NCBI GenBank assembly: GCA_964402035.1 | Contig: CAYOAM010000002.1 | Coordinates: forward strand, 106,111-170,110 | From: an uncultured Candidatus Saccharibacteria bacterium | Lineage (GTDB): Bacteria > Patescibacteriota > Minisyncoccia > Phycocordibacterales > UBA918 | Reading direction: 5' to 3' | DNA length: 64,000 bases | In this document: piece by piece, positions 1-10,500 of the stretch | Layout of the letters: each line of letters begins with the position of its first letter | Numbering within the stretch: the first letter of the stretch is position 1 | The notes under the pieces: model-generated | Databases searched by the model: none | Told to the model about the DNA's origin: nothing | The model's input: the letters and a program-made list of their open reading frames with translations, nothing else | Program-made: the position numbers and the translations under genes

Positions 1-505
1 TGCTCAGATATTCATTATAGCTCGTACGACTCATCAACTTGGAAGTCCGGCTTCCAAGTTGATGTACCCTGTCGTTAAGATTCACATACGCACTGAGATG
101 AAGCAAATAACTGTTTGTGTCGACATGTACTGCTTTGAATTTCCCTTGAAATAGCACGCCTGTCCGTTTATGCCGCTCATTAAAATACTTTGTATACCCC
201 GTACCAAGACGTTGCATAAATTTGGCTATTCCTTTCTCTGATACTTGCCTCAAAATAAAATGGTAGTGGTTTGGATTAATACAATATGCAATAAAATCTA
301 CTAGTTTTTCTTCTTCAGGTTTTAGCGCGCTACTTTTGACGAACGAAAGTTCGTACAAGCTCCCAACAGTGTCTACTCTATTGAATTCGCGCATGCTTTT
401 AAAAAAGCGCTCCCAATCAGAGCGATCTTTCAAGATGTTTCGTTTATCTACTCCTCGGTTGTAGATATGGTAACACTCCCCAACTGAAAAAACGACTTTT
501 CTCAT
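1..505 (-). CDS. IS200/IS605-family Y1 (HUH) transposase, TnpA/RAYT-like. It is partial: the C-terminus runs off the left edge of the window.
   Basis: Reading the minus strand from the ATG at 503-505 gives MRKVVFSVGECYHIYNRGVDKRN... The HUH motif NPNHYHFIL is present, and the C-terminal SAYVNLND matches the conserved Y-I-x-x-N-P region that carries the catalytic tyrosine. This ORF is absent from the supplied track because it is truncated. Confidence 0.6.
   Translation of the reverse strand, partial: MRKVVFSVGECYHIYNRGVDKRNILKDRSDWERFFKSMREFNRVDTVGSLYELSFVKSSALKPEEEKLVDFIAYCINPNHYHFILRQVSEKGIAKFMQRLGTGYTKYFNERHKRTGVLFQGKFKAVHVDTNSYLLHLSAYVNLNDRVHQLGSRTSKLMSRTSYNEYLS
38..58. repeat. Palindromic hairpin, REP-like or IS200 subterminal-like, copy A: cttggaagTCCGGCttccaag.
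   Basis: An 8-bp stem (CTTGGAAG/CTTCCAAG) encloses a 5-6 nt loop. Its exact reverse complement occurs at 560-580. Confidence 0.6.
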
Positions 506-559
506 GCGGAACTTTTTATGTTATGTGTTTTTAGATTCATAACAAAATAGAGTATTTGA

Positions 560-580
560 CTTGGAAGCCGGACTTCCAAG
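560..580. repeat. Palindromic hairpin copy B: cttggaagCCGGACttccaag, the exact reverse complement of copy A.
   Basis: This is a perfect 21-nt inverted copy of 38-58 and lies on the other side of the transposase ORF. It sits 13 nt downstream of the gap stop codon on the minus strand and is followed by a moderately U-rich stretch, so it may also act as the gap terminator. Confidence 0.6.
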
Positions 581-592
581 TCTTCTGTTCGT

Positions 593-1627
593 CTAAGCAG
601 AGGCTTTCGTTCCGGCTTTGACGACGTGCGCTACGAGAGTTGCAGTGTAGCTGGTTTCGTTGTCGTACCAGCCGAGGACTTTGACTAAGGTACCGTCCAC
701 GACACGGGTAAATGCAAGATCTGCAATTGAAGCGTGCGTTGCGCCGATGATATCCGAGGAAACGAGCTGCTCATGCGTAACTGCAAAAAGATTTTTCCAC
801 TGCTCAGACGCTGCCGCTTTTATCATAATCTGATTTATCTCCTCTGTGCTTGTTGGACGAGAAGACACGAAGGTAATATCAACGATAGAGCCAACCGGTA
901 CCGGTACTCGAAGTGCGATGCCGTCGAACTTCCCCTTCAGAGCCGGATACGCTTCTGTCACTGCTATTGCGGCACCCGTTGAGTTTGGCACTATGTTTTG
1001 TGCGGCAGCACGTCCTCGTCGCATGTCCTTCCCACGCGCCGGACCGTCTTGGAGTGATTGTGTGGCAGTATACGCATGCACAGTATTTAAAAGTGCGCGC
1101 TCAATACCAACGCCTTCATGGAGGATTGCAATTAAAGGACTTGCAGCATTGGTGGTGCATGATGCATTGCTACTTATGTCGCAGTTTTTGACATCAGCTT
1201 CATTTACACCCATCAGTACCGTAGCGCCCTTCACACCCGCTGCTACCGGATCGCCAGAAGCTGGGGCCGATATGACGACGTGCTTTGCGCCTGCCGTGAG
1301 GTGCGCTTTTGCTTTTTCGTAGGTCTCAAACACTCCCGTTGATTCAACCACCACATCGATGCCGAGTGCACCCCATGGAAGTTTGGTCGCATCTTTCTCA
1401 CTGATAAATTTGGTTGTCTTTCCATTCACCACTAAAGCACCTTCCTTTACTTCAACAGAAAATGGGCTACGACCATAGGCAGTATCGTACTTCAAAAGAT
1501 ACGCAAGGTTGTTGATGTCCCCCAAGTCGTTTGCAACCACTACCTCGACATCCGAACGTTCTGCGACCATACGAAAAAACGTCCGCCCGATGCGTCCCAA
1601 ACCATTGATTGCAACTTTAATAGCCAT
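593..1627 (-). CDS. gap: Glyceraldehyde-3-phosphate dehydrogenase, type I.
   Basis: The N-terminus MAIKVAINGLGRIGR contains the NAD-binding GxGxxG motif. The catalytic region SNASCTTN is present and overall similarity to GAPDH is high. Confidence 0.92.
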   Translation of the reverse strand: MAIKVAINGLGRIGRTFFRMVAERSDVEVVVANDLGDINNLAYLLKYDTAYGRSPFSVEVKEGALVVNGKTTKFISEKDATKLPWGALGIDVVVESTGVFETYEKAKAHLTAGAKHVVISAPASGDPVAAGVKGATVLMGVNEADVKNCDISSNASCTTNAASPLIAILHEGVGIERALLNTVHAYTATQSLQDGPARGKDMRRGRAAAQNIVPNSTGAAIAVTEAYPALKGKFDGIALRVPVPVGSIVDITFVSSRPTSTEEINQIMIKAAASEQWKNLFAVTHEQLVSSDIIGATHASIADLAFTRVVDGTLVKVLGWYDNETSYTATLVAHVVKAGTKASA

Positions 1628-1684
1628 AGAAAAAGAACATTATAAATAACAAGAGATAATGCCTCTATCGTAGCATGCTTACCC

Positions 1685-1735
1685 CTTCCTCCAAGGACAG
1701 CCCTTGAATAGTCTAAGGACTCTCCTTGGAGGAAG
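1685..1735. repeat. Perfect 13-bp inverted repeat, cttcctccaagga (1685-1697) and tccttggaggaag (1723-1735), forming a stem-loop with a 25-nt loop.
   Basis: I checked the two arms directly as reverse complements. The loop contains a smaller 4-bp inverted repeat (cctt...aagg). The element lies between the LamG gene stop and the gap start, in the gap 5' region on the minus strand. Confidence 0.5.
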
Positions 1736-1751
1736 TTTTGCAATACCTCAC

Positions 1752-4514
1752 CTACCGCCCTATGTCGTAGAGGCGTTTTATTTCGGTTGCAGAAAGTGCA
1801 CGGTTGTAGATCCGTACATCGTCCAAATTACCATTAGTAATGTCGCTGCTTCCCGTGCGACCTCCTATAAAGAGACTCTCGCTTGTAGTTCTGAGGGCTT
1901 CATTTTCTGTGCTATGGAGCGTAAGCGATTGACCATTCCAATATAGTGCACCCGTGCCAGAACTCGATATATATGTCGCACAAAGATGATGCCATGTATT
2001 TAAGGTAAACGGACGAGGATCAGTGTTCTGCTTTACGTCTAAGACAGTATTGGGCGCTACGTAGGTTGCTCCTGTGTTAAAAACTAGAGCTTCATCTACC
2101 CCAATCGTATTAAACTCAAAAACATAATTGCCCGTATTAGCTGTACTTGAACGAGCGATAATATCTTGCCAACCTGCGGTAGCATTATTTCGACTCGTTC
2201 TTCTATATACCCAAGCACAAATAGTGATCTCGCTTGAAGGTGCAATACCCGTACCTGCATTAATATAATCGTCAACGCCATCAAACTGAATCGCTTGCCC
2301 TATTTTCCCCGGCACTGTTGTTGATGCATGATTTCCCCAATCACTGCGTGTCGTACTCTTTTTATTAATAATCTCGCCAGTTGTTGAACTCGTATCCACA
2401 TCTAAGCCATCAAAAGTCGTATAATACATGAGACCAGTTTCTAGAGACGTATTTGCTCCTGCCATGGACGTGTTCACTTTTGCGGTAGCACCGATAGCGT
2501 AGAGGCGATTGACTTCGTCTGAAGAGAGAGCGCGGTTATAAATACGAACATCATCAATATTTGCATTTGAATAATGGACAGGAACATCATTGTATCCGCT
2601 ACCAACCAAATAGGTCCCCGTATTTACACCTGTTGTTATGCTTAGTGTGGATGAAGCTAATACACCATTTCTATAAATCTTCAAATTTGTCAGGTCATGT
2701 ACCACTACAATATGCTGCCACTCATTTACAGCATAAGTTGTGTCAGCAGCCTTCGCAGTGTTATCCCAATTGTAAGCCCAGATACGATTTATAGTACCAT
2801 AATTTGTCGATGTACCAACCATGATGCCAAAATATCCCGCATCATCCATAATTAGCGGACTTAAACTGTATATATTTGATGCGGTCCTTCCATAATCTAA
2901 GGGATATACCCAGATCGCAATCGTTTTCGCTCCGGATCCAAGCTGAGCAATTGTTCTGTTGGTTGAAACATAATCATTTACGCCATCAAACTGGATTCCC
3001 TGTCCTATTTTTCCAGGCACCGTTGTTGTTGCGTGATTGATCCAATCTCCACGAGTGGTACTTTTCTTGTCGATAATTTCACCTGTCGTAGAACTCGTAT
3101 CAACATCAGCTCCATCGAACGTCCAGTGCCCCACGAGTCCATTTTCCAAAGCGGTGTTTGCCCCACTCATAGAAGTATTGATTTTCGAAGTAGCGCCGAC
3201 TTGGTAGAGACGTTTGATTTCGTCAATAGATAGCGCACGAGTATAAATCCTAAAATCGTCTATTGATCCAAGAAAAGAAGTACTCGTATCACTCACGAGA
3301 GAAATGAGCAGCGTACCGCTCCATGTACCAAGGCCAGAGCTTGAGGACCTTTCCACACCATCTACATAGAGTTTGATCGTATCAGCCGTCGTGTCCCACG
3401 TGGCGACGACGTGCGACCATGTACTTGTACCGATAGCGCTCACGGGCGTCGTCGCTTCATCGAGTGTCCCGCCACGTACGTGCACATACGACCACCGATC
3501 ATTGAAATTGTCGTAGTTCAACGATAAATAATTAGATATATCGGTAAATATCGTGAAAACGTTCTTGTCAGTGGTAATGGAGTCTGCAAAATCCCGTTTC
3601 ATCCACAATGCGATGCTACCGGTATTAGTATTTACCGCACTATTCACCGAACTTATGTCAAGACCAGTTTCAGTGCCTTCAAAATACACAGCACTACCAA
3701 TCTTTCCTACAGCATCAATCACCGCATTTTGTGGTATTGCGGTATATCCTTTGCCTGTGTGGTCTTTGTAGCCATCAGAATAGACGATCACGCCAAGCTG
3801 ATTTAGATCAAAGTCTCGGGACGTCGACGAGTCAGCATCTGGCATTATTTTCACCCGGAAATTTGCATTGCTCAGTTCTGACGTCGACCACGTACGTCCC
3901 CATTTGTAGAAACTACTCCCATAGAAATCTACTTGGTCAGTTATTCCAAGATCTGCAGAACTTTCTGCAGCTGTCCAACTCGTACCACCATCCCACGAAA
4001 GAGCAATACAAAACAGATTATTCCCTGTGGCGCTATCCACCTTGCCGACCGTAAACAACTGAATACCTTTAATAGGATCGTTCGATGTTACCGATGACAC
4101 CGATATATTAAAATCTTGAAACACATGTTGATCATCTTCGCTTTGCGGAAAGGTTCCACAACCGTCAACGGAAGTTGCAGAGCCAGAATTGGTATCTCTC
4201 ATATAACCCGTATCAAGGACCGCAGCATCCAACAGCCCTGTACCCGATGTAGTTTCAAACCCATTATTATCACCCGCACCTGAAGATACGGAAGAACTGG
4301 CGGTCGTGACAAGGGTCGCATTGCTCGATGTTGCATGCCCTCCGTCAAATGACCAATACGCAATTAATCCATTTTCGAGATTGGGATTAGAGCGAAGGGA
4401 TTGACTGAAAATAAGTATCGCGCGAGATGCGAGTGGATATGCACCAATGATAACCATGGCGATAACACCGAGGATGACGAGTTTGAGGTGGGTTTTGAGG
4501 AAGGTTTTGAGCAT
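1752..4514 (-). CDS. Secreted or membrane-anchored protein with three LamG / concanavalin-A-like lectin jellyroll domains.
   Basis: The motif DD[VF]RIY[NT]RALS..E[IV][KN]RLY recurs three times, the LamG_3-type signature. The hydrophobic N-terminus (MLKTFLKTHLKLVILGVIAMVIIGA) makes the start at about 4514 more plausible than the track start at 4589. Confidence 0.7.
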   Translation of the reverse strand: MLKTFLKTHLKLVILGVIAMVIIGAYPLASRAILIFSQSLRSNPNLENGLIAYWSFDGGHATSSNATLVTTASSSVSSGAGDNNGFETTSGTGLLDAAVLDTGYMRDTNSGSATSVDGCGTFPQSEDDQHVFQDFNISVSSVTSNDPIKGIQLFTVGKVDSATGNNLFCIALSWDGGTSWTAAESSADLGITDQVDFYGSSFYKWGRTWSTSELSNANFRVKIMPDADSSTSRDFDLNQLGVIVYSDGYKDHTGKGYTAIPQNAVIDAVGKIGSAVYFEGTETGLDISSVNSAVNTNTGSIALWMKRDFADSITTDKNVFTIFTDISNYLSLNYDNFNDRWSYVHVRGGTLDEATTPVSAIGTSTWSHVVATWDTTADTIKLYVDGVERSSSSGLGTWSGTLLISLVSDTSTSFLGSIDDFRIYTRALSIDEIKRLYQVGATSKINTSMSGANTALENGLVGHWTFDGADVDTSSTTGEIIDKKSTTRGDWINHATTTVPGKIGQGIQFDGVNDYVSTNRTIAQLGSGAKTIAIWVYPLDYGRTASNIYSLSPLIMDDAGYFGIMVGTSTNYGTINRIWAYNWDNTAKAADTTYAVNEWQHIVVVHDLTNLKIYRNGVLASSTLSITTGVNTGTYLVGSGYNDVPVHYSNANIDDVRIYNRALSSDEVNRLYAIGATAKVNTSMAGANTSLETGLMYYTTFDGLDVDTSSTTGEIINKKSTTRSDWGNHASTTVPGKIGQAIQFDGVDDYINAGTGIAPSSEITICAWVYRRTSRNNATAGWQDIIARSSTANTGNYVFEFNTIGVDEALVFNTGATYVAPNTVLDVKQNTDPRPFTLNTWHHLCATYISSSGTGALYWNGQSLTLHSTENEALRTTSESLFIGGRTGSSDITNGNLDDVRIYNRALSATEIKRLYDIGR

Positions 4515-4575
4515 ACGTTTTTTAGGATGTGTATCCCAAGGACCGTCCTTGGGATTGCTGCCTGGTCTCAACAAT

Positions 4576-7500
4576 TTATCCTCCATCACCGCTCTCCGGA
4601 GCAGGCTCAGGCGATGGTTCTGGTGATTGTTCAGGAGCTGGCTCAGGGTCCGGTACTGGTTCGATCACCGGATCTCCTCCTTCTGGAGGCACATCTTCCG
4701 CAGGTGGAGGAGGATCAATAGGTGGGTCATTTGGGATCTCTTCTACCACAGGGCGAACGACCACACACTCTCCCGCCACCGTCTTTGTCTCTCCGTTTTC
4801 AATCGAGAGACAATACGGTTCGCCCGTTGCTTCGTCATAGAGCGTAATACCGGTACGCTTCTCACTTGTACCGACCGTGAGTGTGTCGGCAAAGAGGCCT
4901 TTGAAGTATGCAACACCATTTTCTATAGTGATACCAAGATCATGGAGTACACCCAAGACTCCCGAACTGCCCACTGCTGCCCCACCGCCCGCAAGCAGAG
5001 TCTCTAAACTCACGACACGAGTCTCGAGGCTATCGACCTTGAGTGAAAGTGCTTGTGTGGCAGCGATATTGAAAGTAGCCAGTTTGTATATATCGACACC
5101 TTTTCCATCTGCTGAGAGGACGGCCGAAGGTGCTTCCTCCGCAATGAGACCAAGGCGCAACGGCGCACTCTCCTCTTCTGTATTGTATCGATACTGCGCT
5201 ACCTGTATATTTTTTAAGTCTGCAATTATAGCATCAGTGGTTGACGCACTGATATGCGTAATGTCTTTCTTGGCACTCTCGGTTGATACGTTTACAAAAG
5301 ACTGTGCCGCAACATCGCCAACCACCTGCAGTGCATATTGTGGTGATGTGGTGCCGATACCAATGTTTCCTGATACTGGATCAATGTAAAAATCATTGTC
5401 CGCAAAACGATGCGTGTAGTTCAGGAAGACATCAATGGTTGAAGTTGAAGTTGTCGCAAATGTCTCAGCATCAAGTGCAAAACCGATAATCACTCCTGTT
5501 GAAGTTGCACGAGCAGCGTAGCCTGGTTCGCCGCCAACAGAGATCGGATCACCGATAGCAATAACGCCACCCTCGTTGCTTACCCGTACTGGTACGCGTC
5601 CAGCAAGAGCCAATGGGATTTTTGCTTCTGCTGTAACATCATCGGTAAATCCTCCAAGCAGAAGTCCAGGATCCGATGAAACCACGCCCGCAAAACGGGT
5701 ACTTGTGGTACTTGCAACTGCCGTATCAAAACGAGACACGTGTCGAGCATGATCCGGATCAAACATCACAACTTCACCTTTTTGCAGCGTAAGGTCAGTA
5801 CTCAAGTACACTTCAGCCAAATCCAAGCCCGCAAGCGAAGAGCCTTCGGCATAGACAAAACCACGCGTGCGCGCCGACGATGCACAGGTGTTGCCTGCAC
5901 CATTGTCGACACAAAGTGCTCCGTCTGCGATAAGTACCGAGCCGTATGGCACGTTGGTCGAATCAAGTACCGTGTTGGTCGATGTACCAAAAACAGAGCG
6001 AGCTTTCTGGAGCGCACCGGAGCCATTGGATTGTCCATAGATCGTGAAGAGCTGATTGCTATCTATCTGTGCCGAGAATGACTGCACAGCGCCCGATGTT
6101 GATGATGCACTGATCGGCAAATTGATCCAACTGAGTACCCCTGCATCATTTTCAAATTCTATTGGACCCGTGTTCAAACGTTCTATATACGTATTGTTTG
6201 CCACCGGATCATACGTAATTGCCCCACTGTATACATCAAGCCCGGTATTGATCGATGTTGTCGCCATCGAAATACTAAACTTTGTTGATGTCGCAGAATA
6301 ACTATCCGTCGATGTGCCAATTGAGAACACACCACCAAGATTTGAGATGAGCCAGTTTTTCATGTTGGTACCTGCATCAGTGTCGGTGAGTGCGAGGTAT
6401 GGTGTTGAAGAGGCAATATTGAGTGTCCAATTTGGCGACGATGTACCAATACCAACATTGCCACCATTGAGGACAGTCATACGGAGACTTGACCCTGCGT
6501 TTGTATAGAAGTTGATCGCCTCACTTGCTCCCGTACCAGAGGTAAGTGATAAATTATCACTTGCGGTCACACTTAGGTTGGTGAGACCAAAGACTCCACT
6601 CGCATCAAAAGAGCTGTAGTTTGTCCCTCCATCATTCATAACCACAACCAACGGATCCGAGGCACCATTAAATACGGTGAGATCAACGTTGTCTACACTC
6701 GCATCACCCACCACAAAAACCGGTACATTAGTTCCATCATTTTCAGGGAGAATTAAGTTCAATCGATTTGCATCTGCATCCGCCGTCTCCCAGACAAACT
6801 TCGCATCGGCGCTCGTGCCAAGACTACTGTACTGATCGTCGGGTAACTGGAGTCGAGTGGTTGGATTACTCATGCCCAAACCAACATTTCCCTCTTGCGT
6901 AATCGTAAATCGTGATGATGTTGCCGTGAGTGCATCAGATGAGGTACCGATACTGAACACCCCACCAACATTTGAAAGCAACCAGTGTTTTTGATCTGTC
7001 CCCGCATCAGTATCGGTGAGCGCAAAGTAGGCACTTGTTGAAGCAACCTGGAGGGTCCAGTTTGGTGTCGTGGTGCCAATACCAAGACTGCCAGACGAGA
7101 GCGTACCCTGTGTGCCGTTTATATTTGTGCCAAACAATATATTTCCGATATTGAGCGTATTTGTGGCAAGTGCATTTGGTGCATCAATATCATACCCAAG
7201 CACGATATTGTTTGAACCGCTGGTAAGATTGTTGCCAGCGCCATATCCAACGAGCACATTATTATTCCCTGTCGTGTTTCCAGATCCAGCTAAAGTACCA
7301 ATAAATACATTATTCTGCGATGCTGTGACACCAGAAACACCCAGTCCTGCACCATACCCAACAGCGACTGTTGCAGTTGCGGATCTGTTTAAATATAGTG
7401 CTGCTGCACCAATTGCGACAGAATTTGCTCCTGATGTACTTCGTAGCAAAGCATCCCAACCGACTGCAGTATTAAAGGTTCCTGTTGTATTACTGTTCAG

Positions 7501-10500
7501 CGCACCATACCCATTACCAGTATTGTATGTACCAGTTGTGTTACTTGAGAGAACGAAGGCCCCGCTCGCTGTATTATAATTACCGCTTGTATTATTCAAT
7601 AATGCATTAGTACCGACAGCAGTATTATTACTACCCACCGTATTACTAAAAAGTGCATTCGTACCAACAGCAACACTGTAAAAACCAGTTGTATTGAAGG
7701 TTAATGTGTTGTAGCCTACCGCCGTATTTTCAATTCCATTTGTGTTGTTTCGTAGTGCATTGTCGCCAATTGCTACATTCTGAATACTTGAGGTGCTGGT
7801 ATAGAGCGCATTTGATCCAATAGCAATATTGCCGTCTTGTTTTCCACCCAACGTCAGTATTGGTATACCTGAGATATCATTAATCGTAAACGCACGACTT
7901 GTCGTACTAATTTCCTTTATAGAAACAGAATCAAGTGCCCACGCAGATGTATTTGCAACAGTATTCCCGGTAAATGTAATGGTCTCTGTACCCGTTACTC
8001 CTGAATCAAACGTGACGGTTGATGTACCAGCACCAAAGGGTCCCCAATTCTGATATGCATTTACACTTGGTGACAAAAAGTACGTCACTTGCTCACGGGT
8101 GGTTGAAGAAATATTTAAGGTAAGTTGGTAGGTCTTTCCTGCAACAACTGCAAATGTTGTTGAGGCACTCGAACCAGTACATCCGGAGACGTTTGATACG
8201 ATATTGCCCGCACTCCATGCGACACACGCGCCCAGGTTCCAGCTACTTGCGTCCGTATCAAAATTGCCATTCGTGATAAGTTCGCTTCCGTACGTTGGCG
8301 TATCACTATTGATCGACAGTTTTGCAGTTGGTGTTGTGCTACCAATACCTACTCGGCCAGTATTTGTAACCGTAAATAGACTGCCGTCAACATTTGCAAG
8401 GTTGAAGATATCACCCGTTCCCAGCTGTGTTAAGTTTGCCAACGCTACCGACGTTGAGCCAGTCATTGTAAGGAGGCTATACCCAACTTCGCCTGGAGTA
8501 TCGAGTGTGATGCGATTGGTCTCAAGATAGCGAGTGTTGGTACCCCCATCAGAAATGCGCTCGGCTCCTGGGCCAGAGTAGCGATTTCCTGAAAGCGTGT
8601 TGTCGGTACTACCTGCAAGGAATCCTGAAATTTCAATAGCATATCCGGTGCCCTCAAAGTCAGTAATTTGGTTATTACTAATGATATTTTGATCACCCAG
8701 CAAGAAAATGTTGCTATCCGCCGAATTTCCAGCGGCATTATATATGACATTGCCATCAATCACACTATCACTCATACCAAAAGCTGAGATAGCACTCCCT
8801 GTCGTACTACTAATACTATTTCCCCTAATCGTAATTGCTCTAGGTGGTGTAAATGAGTAATCTACAGCAATACCACTACCTGCTATATACGCAAGGATGT
8901 TATCGGTAACCATCACCTCTCTCGAATCTTCACCAATCTTAATGCCGTCAAATGCAACACCTGAAATATTATTGTGGGACACATCGGCACCAATAAGTTG
9001 TGCCGCATCTACACCACGCACACCCGAGCCGCGTATCGTGTTGCCGCGCACCATAAGGCCATAGGTATACTGTCCAACGTTTGCACTGCCAGCATAAATA
9101 GACCGATCCCCTGAGTCTATAATCTGATTGTCGATAATCCGCACATTGTTTGCTTTCACTCGCACTGCGGCGCTATTTGACCCACCAAAATCTTGTACAT
9201 AAAGATTTTCAATGGTCGAACTTGCGGATCCCTCATTAAAATACAGCCCATCCCAGCCTTGAGAGACATGGTGATTGTGTATATTCCCGTCCATGCTGAG
9301 GTTTGAAACTCGCACATATGGAGCGACCGAATAGATCGCATAGTTGTTTACTGAATCAGAGAGTGTTGAAGAAGCTACGACTAACTTTGTGCCATTCCCC
9401 GCTCCGATCATTGTGGTGCCCGTTGCCAAAACGATCGAAGCACTTTCTGAAGTTGAAATTCTCGTTGAAGTTCCAAGATAATAATTTCCCTCAAGAAGGT
9501 AGACAATACCACCATGCGTTGAAGATGCATTTCCCGCTACATACGCAGCATTGATAGCGCGATTAATCTCAACCTCGTCACGAACACCATCTGCTATATA
9601 ATCAGCTTTTTCCTTGTTATTCGAGTCAGACGCAGCAACGATAAAAGTTGCCGTACTCCTGTCTCCCTGCCACGTTCCAGATGCGTACGTGTACATCTGC
9701 CCGCGATCAGTCCTAAAGTACATGGTGCCTTCTAGCGGACTAGTCGGGAAAGAAGTGCCGCCGATGATGCGGATTGTTGAAGACGCCACTAGATAGGTGG
9801 TCGTCGCGTTTTGTGTCACTGTGGATGCAAACGAGACGTTGCCTCCAAAACTTGGATTGGTGTTAAACACAAGTGAACCAGTGCCTGTTTCATCTCCCAA
9901 GATTGAAAGAAGTTCGGCTGATGTATCAATCGAGGTACTTCCAAGCTTGTTGCCAAAGATCGTGAAGTCAGAGGACGTCAAAAGACCAAGTGCATTAATG
10001 CTACTTGCCTGAGGGATATTGAGCGTATGAATGTTACTACCAGATGAAAATCCAAAGCCACCATCACTCGAGGTTGTTGCAAAGATCTGTGTAGCTCCCG
10101 TCTGGCCATTGAGCGACGTGAGCGCTGTTGCAGGAAGACACGTGCCATTCATGGCAAAACAGCCAGTCGCGATATCAATGCCGTTTCGTGCTGTTGTTGA
10201 TCCCGTATTTGAAATACTAAAAAGTGTCGTTGTCGCTGTTGCTGTCGAAGAAGCAAGGGCAAACAGTGTCGTGCTGCCATAACTGGCAGGAGTATGAATG
10301 GCAAAGCGCGCTGACGGAGAGGATGTACCAAAACCAATACTGCCTGATTGACCATTGATCCTAAATTGCTCGGTCACGACTGGTGTGATGTTTGCAACAC
10401 GAACGACAAAATCGGCAGACGTATCCGCAGAACGAATGACAGCGATTTCACCACGTCCTTGGGTAGCGGCTGCCGTCGTACTATTTATGAAACGTAACGT

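Larger units (their letters stand above)
1..581. mobile_element. IS200/IS605-like or REP-associated tyrosine transposase (RAYT) unit. It runs from the inverted palindrome pair through the tnpA ORF and is truncated by the window edge.
   Basis: The Y1 transposase ORF is bracketed by two mutually inverted, identical 21-nt hairpins. Confidence 0.5.

Noticed and set aside
734-1425. ORFs 734-982, 846-1322 and 913-1191 (+) and 1243-1425 (-) overlapping gap.
   Set aside because: They lie entirely within the well-supported GAPDH coding sequence on the opposite strand or in another frame. Their amino-acid composition is low-complexity and Arg/Cys-rich, typical of shadow ORFs.
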